This document shows, piece by piece, positions 55,893-64,000 of a DNA stretch of 64,000 nt. The notes beneath the pieces were generated by a model, which did no database searches, had not been told where the DNA came from, and saw only the letters and a list, made by a program, of their open reading frames with translations. The DNA is from Candidatus Aminicenantes bacterium. Lineage in GTDB: Bacteria; Acidobacteriota; Aminicenantia; UBA2199. The stretch is taken from assembly GCA_030639305.1 (NCBI GenBank), contig DAOWCY010000012.1, positions 954 to 64,953 on the forward strand, given 5' to 3'. The position numbers and the translations under genes were made by a program. Position 1 is the first letter of the stretch; every line of letters starts with the position of its first letter.

Positions 55893-56109
55893 AGCGGTCT
55901 TCAGCGGCATTGTAATAAATAGAAAAAATCTCCCTGTTCCGGCACAAAACCCGGAAATAGTGAATTCTTTCGCGGTTTTGGGTAGACTCTTCGACCCGGC
56001 GTTCCAGTACTTTTTCTACGTGGTATTCTTTGTCCCGGTAACGAAAACTCAGGGGCGTCTCGTTTGCCCGGTATCCCGAATAGCAGGTTACTTCGATCTC
56101 TTGTGTCAT
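55714..56109 (-). CDS. Small conserved hypothetical protein (about 73 aa core) read through into repeat B
   Basis: YSGYRANETPLSF...YNAAEDRW, followed by a repeat-encoded tail. Confidence 0.65.
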   Translation of the reverse strand: MTQEIEVTCYSGYRANETPLSFRYRDKEYHVEKVLERRVEESTQNRERIHYFRVLCRNREIFSIYYNAAEDRWGGVQCTQPMSLRRPHTRGVAVSRCAEGPCRGPNFCKSLIKTFDNFRSENQKHHLLRSS

Positions 56110-56211
56110 GAAATTAACTTTATCTTGCCTCCGGCGGTGGGGGGGCTTTTTTAAAAAATCGCCCCCCTCAACCCCCCAAAAAACTTTTGTTTAATTTCAT
56201 GTGTTTGTGGA

Positions 56212-56517
56212 TCAAGGCAGGTCAAGGTCTTTAGTGATTTCGATATAATTTGCCCAGGGCATGGCCGGCCAGGTCTCCACCGCCAGGGCGCCCGAAGCCC
56301 GGGTAATCATGGAAACCTTTGCCGCCGTCTCATCGCCTGCGGCCTCATAAATATCCATAAAATCATAAGGTCCTAAGAGCCAATAGTGGCTTTTCCATTT
56401 TACATCGGGGCAGAGTTTGCTTACTTTTTTCTTCCACTCTTTGCCGATGGCTTCGCGTCTTTTAAGGTCTCCCGAAATTTCCGGGGTCAATCTTGTCATT
56501 AATACGTATAGTCCCAT
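56212..56517 (-). CDS. GYD-domain protein
   Basis: YWLLGPYDFMDIYEA...ETWPA; GAGG RBS; TTGAAA-N17-TATTAT promoter. Confidence 0.9.
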   Translation of the reverse strand: MGLYVLMTRLTPEISGDLKRREAIGKEWKKKVSKLCPDVKWKSHYWLLGPYDFMDIYEAAGDETAAKVSMITRASGALAVETWPAMPWANYIEITKDLDLP

Positions 56518-56563
56518 ATTTTACCTCGCTGTTTATATAATAGCCTAATTTGCAAAATTTTTC

Positions 56564-56692
56564 AACCCCGCGGCGCGGGGAACCTATAAGGGGCTATTTT
56601 CCGGGACGCGGCAGCCGAGTAGTTTCCATTATCGTCTATCCGGTTGGGAAAGCCGGTCGCTTGTAAGCCACAACCCCGCGGCGCGGGGAGCC
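56564..56692 (+). repeat. Two copies of palindrome CAACCCCGCGGCGCGGGG
   Basis: At about 56564 and 56671. Confidence 0.7.
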
Positions 56693-56840
56693 CAGGAGTG
56701 CGTCATTATCTTTAAACTTTCCTGGATTAATGCGGTTTTTGGGAGATTTGACAGAAATCCCGAAACCCTTGTTAATTCAGCGTTTTAACAAAATAATGAT
56801 GCGGCCCTGAGCGAAAACATCCTGATTTGGAAAAATCAGC

Positions 56841-57248
56841 CTATCCACTCCAATTTTCAATTTTTAGGTTCTCAATTCTTTTAAAATGCCTTTCATTGTT
56901 AGTAACCGATGTAAATTCATTAGAAATCGCTGTAGCCGCAATGAAAAGGTCTGAATCAGAAATAATTTGTTCTTTTGTCTTCAAGGCTGATTTTATTTCA
57001 CCAAAAGTCTTCCCGGTATTTTCATTAAAATCAACCACATTCGCCTCTTTTAGCAAATCGTTGATAAGTGATATATTTTCATCTTTTCGTGCGGAATTAT
57101 AAGCCCCAAAATAAAGTTCCGCGGCGGTGATGGAAGATAAAAAAATACGCTCATCATTAATTTTTTCAATTTTCTGATTAATTTTAGGGAATATATTTTT
57201 TAACCAATAGATAACGATGTCTGTGTCTAAATGATTATTTTTTTTCAT
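56841..57248 (-). CDS. vapC: VapC/PIN toxin
   Basis: LDTDIVI, SSITAAELYFG, DSDLFIAATA, VTNNERHF. Confidence 0.93.
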   Translation of the reverse strand: MKKNNHLDTDIVIYWLKNIFPKINQKIEKINDERIFLSSITAAELYFGAYNSARKDENISLINDLLKEANVVDFNENTGKTFGEIKSALKTKEQIISDSDLFIAATAISNEFTSVTNNERHFKRIENLKIENWSG

Positions 57249-57250
57249 TT

Positions 57251-57511
57251 TTAAAGGCAGACTTTTTCAGAGCGGACGTTTTTCTCTCTATCTGCCCTAA
57301 TTTCAGCGATAATCTCATCTGCATCACGCTCATCTTGCCATTTGCCGCAAAACCGGCTCAGGTGGTGTAGTCGAGGCTCATCAGTTAGGATAATGATCCT
57401 CCTTTTAGTAGGTTTTTTTTTCGATCTGGTTTTTATCTGTTTTATAACCTCCGGAGGCAATACAAGGTGCCCATCCGGCAGCAGTTCAGCTTCACAAGTA
57501 ATGGTTTTCAA
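57251..57511 (-). CDS. Cognate antitoxin of the VapC toxin
   Basis: Directly upstream of vapC; ends WQDERDADEIIAEIRADR. Confidence 0.75.
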   Translation of the reverse strand: MKTITCEAELLPDGHLVLPPEVIKQIKTRSKKKPTKRRIIILTDEPRLHHLSRFCGKWQDERDADEIIAEIRADREKNVRSEKVCL

Positions 57512-57745
57512 TGTAACCTCCTATTGAGCAATACTTAATGCCCTTTCCGGGCATACTCGATGCTCACATACAATTTTATAACAAACATTCTAATATTTCA
57601 ACAAAAAAATTAGAAAAATTAGCCTGCCTCCAAAAATTCCCATATAGGCGAAACGGTTGAGAAATAAGAAATGAGTTGACAGATTCGCTGTTTTCGGTTA
57701 TATTTAATTTGCAGTCGAAGTAAAAGGTTATGCGATAGACATGCT

Positions 57746-58204
57746 TTGAGACAAATGAATTTATTTTATGAATTTTTTAAAATCATCGAGCAGTTTGAAA
57801 AAATAGGATTACAATATGCTGTAGTCGGAGGTATCGCTATGGCATTTCACGATCAACCCAGGTTCACAAGAGACATAGATATTCTCGTGCTGCCGGAGGA
57901 CCTGGAAAAGATATGCAGTGTATTTGAGGATATAGGGTATTTTGAATCATCTGCTCCATGGACTTTTAAAAATACAAAGTTGACGCTGCATAGATTTATG
58001 AAAGTTGAAGGTAAGGATTTCCTGGTTGTAGATATTTTGATCGGTAACGAGGTAAAACATAGAGAGATAGTAAAAAATGCATTGTCTGAAATTCATGAGA
58101 AGGGGGTCGTTAAAATTGCCGCCAAGAACGACTTGATATGGATGAAAAAAATAAGGAATTCAGATCAAGATAAAGTTGACATTAAGAGGTTAGCAAATGA
58201 CTAG
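57746..58204 (+). CDS. Nucleotidyltransferase-family protein
   Basis: YAVVGGIAMAFH..PRFTRDIDIL...DLIWMK...DKVD; TTGACA-N17-TATATT upstream. Confidence 0.85.
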   Translation: MRQMNLFYEFFKIIEQFEKIGLQYAVVGGIAMAFHDQPRFTRDIDILVLPEDLEKICSVFEDIGYFESSAPWTFKNTKLTLHRFMKVEGKDFLVVDILIGNEVKHREIVKNALSEIHEKGVVKIAAKNDLIWMKKIRNSDQDKVDIKRLAND

Positions 58205-58331
58205 AATCGAGAAAGTCGTCAAAGATGTAAGCGATATGTTGGAATTTTATAAAAAAATAAAAAAAACCGGGAAGAAGGAAAAGAAACCTATCACCAAAGT
58301 AGGAAAACAACCGGCAGGGCAAAAATTTTAG
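58197..58331 (+). CDS. Small basic ORF (44 aa) coupled to the nucleotidyltransferase
   Basis: MTRIEKVVKDVSDMLEFYKKIKK...; overlaps the upstream stop; below the ORF-track cut-off. Confidence 0.45.
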   Translation: MTRIEKVVKDVSDMLEFYKKIKKTGKKEKKPITKVGKQPAGQKF

Positions 58332-58656
58332 CCGGTCATGAAATTAGCCACAGAGAACACCGAGGGCACAGAGCGGATGGCATCCGCAACCAAACACACC
58401 CCGTCGCTTCGTGAAAAAACAAGATTTTTCCCGATGAGTAGTACAGAAGGGGGCTTCTCACAGAAGAGAATCGGTACGGTTCCTGCCGCGAAGCGGCTAA
58501 TAGGGTGGGGACGGCGTCCCCCCGCGAAGCGGCTAAACGCACCCCCACACATGTGGGGCCACGAAGGCCGCGAAGTACACGAAGGGGGTAAAAACTTTTC
58601 TTGCCTGTCCCCAGTTTTTCCCTAAAATCATTGAAATGCATTTGCGCATTCCGGTT

Positions 58657-58872
58657 GTTCATGTGAACATTTTGATTTTGCACGTGCACATTTTCATTTT
58701 ACACATGAACATTCTCGAAGTGGACGTGAACATTCTCGATGTGTATATGAACGTTCTCAAGGTGCAGGTGAATATTTCCGATGTGCATCTACTTTTTTGA
58801 TTTGTTCACGTGTATTTTCGATTTATGCGCGTACTATTTGAAATTGTGCTGGTGAACACTGCCGATGTGCAC
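58657..58872. repeat. Degenerate 21-bp tandem repeat (about 10 units)
   Basis: GTGAACATT-like core recurring every 21 nt. Confidence 0.8.
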
Positions 58873-59083
58873 TTATTTTTTGGGGTATGACATTATTTGT
58901 CGTATCCTCTTTGCTATACTGTTATATGTATAAAAATAAATTGCTTCTTTTTTGCTTGTTTCAATTTGTTTTATGTATAGGAGGAAGTTGGCTTTGTAAG
59001 CACAACCTCCGTTTTTGGAGCCGTCTTACATTTAATACGGACAAACTTGATAGTGTTATTGTAAGATATATTTCAGTAAAATG

Positions 59084-59112
59084 TTGACATATAATCTGTT
59101 TTTTGTTAAAAT
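59084..59112 (+). promoter_or_regulatory. Candidate sigma70 promoter of the E2-E1-JAB operon
   Basis: TTGACA-N17-TAAAAT. Confidence 0.6.
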
Positions 59113-59249
59113 TTATTTGATGTTAAATAAAGAGCTAAATTATAAAAGAGAATGTTGGCGAGAGTTAAGGGTAGGTTTTTTTAATTGTTGGTACGAATAT
59201 CCAACAACCCCTAAAAAAGTTTGGATAGTGCGCGGAGGGGGAAATAAAG

Positions 59250-59963
59250 ATGAATGTTTTGAAAATTTTTAATGAATATGAGATAAAAGCGAGATACTTT
59301 CCTGCTATGTTGATTTCTATTCCTTTCTTGCTGAGTTTCGGTATGTTAAAAGGGACTGCATGGGTTCCCCTGATCGAGTCCACAAAAATTTTTCCGATAG
59401 CAGAATATGCAGGTTTTTCAGTCATTTTAGTTTTCTTTTTAGTTCAGGTGCAACGATTCATTGCAAAATTTTTTTTAGAGAAAAGAATTTTTGATAAAGA
59501 AGAACTGTTTCCTACTACTCAAATGCTTCTCTGGCAAGACAATAGATTATCAAAAGAAATGAAAGTGAAGATTAGAAAGAAAATTTTCGATGATTTCGAT
59601 ATATCTCTGTATAGCGAAAAAAAGGAGAGTAAGAATTTGAAAGAAGCAAGGCGATTAATAAAGGATATTATCCCTCTTATTAGACAGAAAATTGAAAAAG
59701 GACGACTTGTTCATCAGCATAACATTCAGTATGGATTTGCTCGAAACTTACTCGCTGGTACTTTAATAGCTATACCTGTTTCTCTGTTCAATATCTATCT
59801 TTCGTTGAAATCAAATGCAACGTTTGGCTTAATAATTTCAATAATAATTGTCGTTTTCTGTTTTGTTTTTTTTCTGGCGAGAAAACCAATTCTTAAAAAC
59901 CTTGCAGAAAACTACGCAGAATTTTTGTTGCGTGAATATTGTTATATAGGAGGTAAAAAATGA
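59250..59963 (+). CDS. Membrane protein (2+2 TM flanking a soluble helical core), candidate effector
   Basis: ARYFPA...PTTQML...NIQYGFARNL; ATGA coupling to the next gene. Confidence 0.75.
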   Translation: MNVLKIFNEYEIKARYFPAMLISIPFLLSFGMLKGTAWVPLIESTKIFPIAEYAGFSVILVFFLVQVQRFIAKFFLEKRIFDKEELFPTTQMLLWQDNRLSKEMKVKIRKKIFDDFDISLYSEKKESKNLKEARRLIKDIIPLIRQKIEKGRLVHQHNIQYGFARNLLAGTLIAIPVSLFNIYLSLKSNATFGLIISIIIVVFCFVFFLARKPILKNLAENYAEFLLREYCYIGGKK

Positions 59964-61132
59964 GTACATCAAAAATAATATTCTATCCGGTCAATAATGG
60001 TGCTATGGCTCTCTTGAAGCTAAATGATGATAAAGAGACAACAATAATGGTTGATATGAATATCCGTGAGGCAGCAGACGATGATGATGAGGATGAATAC
60101 GATGTGGCAAATCATCTTAGAAGTCAATTAAAAGAGGATGATTATGGTCGTCCCTATTTAGATGCTTTTGTTTTGTCACACAATGATGACGATCACATTA
60201 AAGGAATTCAGAATCACTTCCATTTGGGCAGTCTTGATGGCTATAAGGAACCGGAAGAGGGTGAAAAACCGAAAATTATTATCAATGAGATTTGGGCTAC
60301 TTCGAGATTTTGGAAACGGGCAAGTGATAGCAATAAGCTTTGTGATGATGCAAAAGCATTCAACCGGGAAATGAAAAGAAGGGTAAAAATTTTTGAAAAT
60401 ACAAAAAAAATACCAAATGCAAGTGATAGAGCATTGATTATCGGAGAAGACCCGGATGGCAAAACAGATGATCTAGATGATATTGTAATGGAAGTCGGAA
60501 GTTCATTTTCCGAAGTTAACCGACAGAATCTTTCAAAGAAAATACAAATAAAGATTTTAGGCCCACTATCTCAACAAAAAAATGAAGCTGATGAAGATTT
60601 CAATAAAAAAAATAGAGGCAGCGTAATCCTCCTTATTAAAATCAAAGAAAGTGGTTATGAAAATAAATTATTACTTCCAGGCGATGCGGAAGTTTTAGTT
60701 TGGGAATGTCTATGGGGAAAATATAAGAACAACATATCTAATCTTGAGTATGATATTCTATTAGCGCCTCACCATTGTTCATGGCATTCACTCTCATATG
60801 ATAGTCAGAGCCAATGCGATAATCCCGAAGTTTCCGAAGATGCAGAATCCGCACTAAGCCAGGCTAAAGAAGGAGCATATATTATTTCCAGCAGCAAACC
60901 AATCAAAAATAATGATGATGACCCCCCTTCATTTGCCGCGAAAAAGGAGTATTTAGTTATTGTTAAAAAAAAGCACTTCCTCTGCACTGAAGAATATCCA
61001 AAAGAAGGTGATGTCGAACCGATTGTATTGAAGCTTACTTCATTTGGCCCACAACTAAAAGGACAAAAGTCCAAATCAAGAATATCGCAGGCATCATCTG
61101 GCCCTGTTGGACAGGCGTTTGGACATGGTTGA
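59960..61132 (+). CDS. ComEC/Rec2-like metallo-beta-lactamase-fold hydrolase with C-terminal Gly
   Basis: MVDMN, LSHNDDDHIKG, PGDAE, APHHCS; tail ...SSGPVGQAFGHG*. Confidence 0.88.
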   Translation: MSTSKIIFYPVNNGAMALLKLNDDKETTIMVDMNIREAADDDDEDEYDVANHLRSQLKEDDYGRPYLDAFVLSHNDDDHIKGIQNHFHLGSLDGYKEPEEGEKPKIIINEIWATSRFWKRASDSNKLCDDAKAFNREMKRRVKIFENTKKIPNASDRALIIGEDPDGKTDDLDDIVMEVGSSFSEVNRQNLSKKIQIKILGPLSQQKNEADEDFNKKNRGSVILLIKIKESGYENKLLLPGDAEVLVWECLWGKYKNNISNLEYDILLAPHHCSWHSLSYDSQSQCDNPEVSEDAESALSQAKEGAYIISSSKPIKNNDDDPPSFAAKKEYLVIVKKKHFLCTEEYPKEGDVEPIVLKLTSFGPQLKGQKSKSRISQASSGPVGQAFGHG

Positions 61133-63200
61133 TGTTCCATATTGGATTTTTCTGGCAAATAGGTATGCGAATGAACATCCAGCTATTTTATCCGTTTCTG
61201 AAATTAAACATTTAGGGGACGAACACTACACCTTTACTGCTGAATTCAGGGTAAATCTCCCCGGTAAGTTTGATATTATAGGTCAAACGGAGAGAGGGGT
61301 TCGAAAAAAAGAACCAGTCAAATTTATTTTCCCCCCCTCTTTTCCCTATAAAGCACCTTTTATATATTTGAGAGATGACTTTTGTCGCAACTTTGCTCAC
61401 ATTAATCCATCTAAGGAAAAAGTTACCCCCTGTATTTTCTATGGGAATCTCAATGAGTTGTTACAGCAGCCGAAATGGTTTGATCATATATTGGATCAGA
61501 TGGCTGATTGGTTGGAAAAAGCAGCAGGAAATAATTTGATTGACTATAAACAGGGTTGGGAACCGATGAGGTCAGATGAATTAAAGGGAGAAATATTTTA
61601 TGATAAGGGTCTAATAGATAAAGAATCTGAAGCTCCCCCAGTTTTCTATAATAACTTCCCTGTATTTGCCTATGTCTTTCCGGTTCATTCCAAACTAAAA
61701 GAATTCGATAGTAATAAACATTCAACAATCTTAATTTTTAAGATGCCTATTGATAAAATATCTGATAATTATATTCCCAACTACATCAGTAAATTTAGCG
61801 ATTTATGTGAATTTGCCGAGCAAAACCATATCAATCATTTTAGAGACAGAGTGAACAGGGTGATAAAAAAACTAAAAAAATTGTTTGTTATTTTAGTGAT
61901 TCGACGACCTTCTCGGCTGATTAATTCGTCGTCTTGCCTGGAGGCTTTAAATTTTGGCATTAGAATAAAGAGGAATAGTAAAACTTCTAAGATTAAATCA
62001 AATTCAGAAGTCTACTTTTTATCTCATAGAGACGTTTGTAATCTGGAACTTTTAAATCGATTTTCCGGTAATCTAAAGAAACAACGATTTGATTGGATAT
62101 TTCAAATAGGATGTGGGAGTTTGGGATCGAAAATTTGTGTGCATTTAGCCCGAAACGGTAATAACAATTTTGTGGCTGTCGATAAGTCTAAGTTTTCTCC
62201 ACATAACAACGCCAGACATTCTCTTATCAATCGTGATATCAGAAATATAAACAAAGCATTTCTGTTAAAACATGAAATTGATAAAATGGGAATAAATGTA
62301 CGGAGATGCTCAAAGGATGTTCAATTCTTGGATTTTAGCAAATTCCCTCAATCTATTATTATCGACTCAACTGCAAATCTTGCTGTTAGAAACTATTTAT
62401 CGAGAAAGAGTATTCCATACCCAATTGTTCATACTTCACTTTACAATCATGGTAAACTTGCTATCTTGCTCGCAGAATCGTCTGAACGTAACCCAAGGCT
62501 TGATGACTTAATAGTATTCATTTTTTCAGAATGCTTGAGAAATAAATGTTTAAGGGAAAGTCTGCTGACTGAACAAGCCGTAAGAATGAGCACCGGTCAA
62601 GGTTGTGGTTCATTTACCACTGTTGTCCCCGATTCAAGAATATCTCTCGCAGCAGCCGGAATGTCAGCGAAGATTCAAACCTATATCAGCAGTGGAGTTC
62701 CAGAAAACGGGGAAGTGTTATATGGTGTTGTTGGTGACGATGATATGGGAATAAGATGGAATAAAATTAAGAATGGTAAAGTATTAGTGGTTGAACCCAA
62801 AGATAGTGAGTATGAAATCAGAGTGTTTCCAAAAATCGCTGAAATAATGGATAGCGAAGCCAAAAAACACTCTCCCAATGAAACCGGCGGAGTTTTAGTT
62901 GGCCATATTTCTTTGATAAATAAATGTATTACAATATCTGATTTAATACTAGCCCCAGAGGATAGCATAGAAACTCCAAACTATTTTGAATTAGGAACCA
63001 GTAATTTACTGAATAAAATAAAAGAGATAGAAAAAAAATCAAATACTCTGCTTACGTACCTGGGGACATGGCATAGTCACCCTCACGGAGGCGATGCGTC
63101 TAATTTAGATAAAGAAACAAAAAAGAAGATCAAAGAATTAAGGAATTATATGCCGACAGTTTGTCTGATTTGGACACAAAATGGATTATTGAGTGTATAG
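61125..63200 (+). CDS. Prokaryotic E2 - E1 (ThiF) - JAB triple fusion (Cap2/Cap3-like)
   Basis: E2: FPPSFPYKAP...HINP...TPC; E1: IGCGSLGS, VDK..FSPHNNARH, GQGCGS; JAB: ETGGVLVG, GTWHSHP...SNLD; 8-nt overlap with the MBL gene. Confidence 0.92.
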   Translation: MVDVPYWIFLANRYANEHPAILSVSEIKHLGDEHYTFTAEFRVNLPGKFDIIGQTERGVRKKEPVKFIFPPSFPYKAPFIYLRDDFCRNFAHINPSKEKVTPCIFYGNLNELLQQPKWFDHILDQMADWLEKAAGNNLIDYKQGWEPMRSDELKGEIFYDKGLIDKESEAPPVFYNNFPVFAYVFPVHSKLKEFDSNKHSTILIFKMPIDKISDNYIPNYISKFSDLCEFAEQNHINHFRDRVNRVIKKLKKLFVILVIRRPSRLINSSSCLEALNFGIRIKRNSKTSKIKSNSEVYFLSHRDVCNLELLNRFSGNLKKQRFDWIFQIGCGSLGSKICVHLARNGNNNFVAVDKSKFSPHNNARHSLINRDIRNINKAFLLKHEIDKMGINVRRCSKDVQFLDFSKFPQSIIIDSTANLAVRNYLSRKSIPYPIVHTSLYNHGKLAILLAESSERNPRLDDLIVFIFSECLRNKCLRESLLTEQAVRMSTGQGCGSFTTVVPDSRISLAAAGMSAKIQTYISSGVPENGEVLYGVVGDDDMGIRWNKIKNGKVLVVEPKDSEYEIRVFPKIAEIMDSEAKKHSPNETGGVLVGHISLINKCITISDLILAPEDSIETPNYFELGTSNLLNKIKEIEKKSNTLLTYLGTWHSHPHGGDASNLDKETKKKIKELRNYMPTVCLIWTQNGLLSV

Positions 63201-63366
63201 GGTGGCGTAGATAACAGAGTTGAGAGAAATTGCTTTGAAATTTGGATTTTCCTTAAAATGTTTCGGGTACGGCGGCCCATTTTTATCTATATTGTATATA
63301 ATTATATCACTAAAGAATATGTACACAGAATACTTGACACTACCTATAAAAATCGGGGACAACACT

Positions 63367-63512
63367 CGATCTTCGGAGCATCAAAATCGGTCTTCTGAGC
63401 ATCGACGAAGGGCTTCTGATCAACGACAATCTTCCGACCATCGTCGTCGATCTTCCAACCATCAGCACCGATCTTAAAACCTTCAAACACGATCTTCTGA
63501 GCATCGACAACA
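63367..63512. repeat. Degenerate 21-bp tandem repeat (7 units, one of 18 bp)
   Basis: GATCTTC-like core at 63368, 63389, 63410, 63428, 63449, 63470 and 63491. Confidence 0.8.
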
Positions 63513-63885
63513 GGAAAAGAGGGACGGTGGAAGGAAAAGAAGAAGTGTTGGGGGCTCGGGGGCAATGGGGGGAGGTAAATCTCGAAATTCGACTCCGGCT
63601 GGGGCAGCAATCTTCGAAAGATTTGAGATTTGGGAACGGTGTATGTAAGTGTGTAAATGGTTCATCGGGTAGTGCCGGAAAGGGGACAGGCCAGGAACGT
63701 TTTTTTCATTTGTTTGTAATGTGGGATTTGTAATTTGTTATTTCCCGGCAAGCCGGGCTCTTTTTGGTTCCGGCTTGACCGGGTTGTGGGGCCGGTTTTT
63801 TTTATTCGCTATTGTTGGCAGGATTATTTTTTTATGTATAATATTAATGGGCTACAATGTGGCCACACAAAGCAGGAGGTGAACT

Positions 63886-64000
63886 ATGGCCGACAGTATA
63901 GTTCGTTCCAGGATCGATCCTGTAGTTAAGGACGAAGCGAACCGGATTCTGAAAAGTATGGGACTGACTTTAAGTGAAGGGATAAGACTTTTTTTACACC
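63886..64000 (+). CDS. dinJ: RelB/DinJ antitoxin, truncated by the window edge
   Basis: CAGGAGG RBS; MADSIVRSRIDPVVKDEANRILKSMGLTLSEGIRLFL. Confidence 0.88.
   Translation, partial: MADSIVRSRIDPVVKDEANRILKSMGLTLSEGIRLFLH

Noticed and set aside
59250-63200. CBASS, Pycsar or Bil system call
   Set aside because: No CD-NTase, cyclase or beta-grasp ubiquitin-like gene is visible in or beside the operon.
1-64000. Prophage, ICE or intact transposon
   Set aside because: No integrase, transposase, relaxase or structural phage genes are recognisable in the window.

Overview
Bacterial chromosome window, probably from an anaerobe. A Candidatus Aminicenantes-like origin is my inference from gene order and recalled repeat motifs, not verified. 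The core genes are mazG-DUF1844-TPR-DUF4388-ribF-tig-clpP-clpX-lon-engB-rho, lolA, an ECF sigma/anti-sigma pair, tilS with tRNA-Met(CAU), and queCDE. Accessory DNA is dense: about ten toxin-antitoxin modules (several decayed), three P-loop ATPases, a CHAT protease, a sulfated-glycan cluster and at least four families of short palindromic repeats. Three loci stand out. (1) An AT-rich operon at 59250-63200 encodes a 4-TM protein, a ComEC-like metallo-beta-lactamase ending in a free C-terminal Gly, and an E2-E1-JAB triple fusion, with no cyclase: a candidate ubiquitin-like conjugation/defence system. (2) A predicted sigma54-driven operon at 8515-14102 couples signalling modules (pseudo-receiver, receiver-DUF4388-Roadblock, V4R-like protein, kinase, free HisKA domain) to a COOH-NH2 amidoligase and an Ntn glutamine amidotransferase. 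(3) A repeat-bounded cassette at 14448-18048 (cytidylyltransferase, PLP enzyme, CDP-alcohol phosphotransferase, methyltransferase) could be a de novo Kennedy-type head-group pathway. All calls come from motif reading only; no database searches were run.
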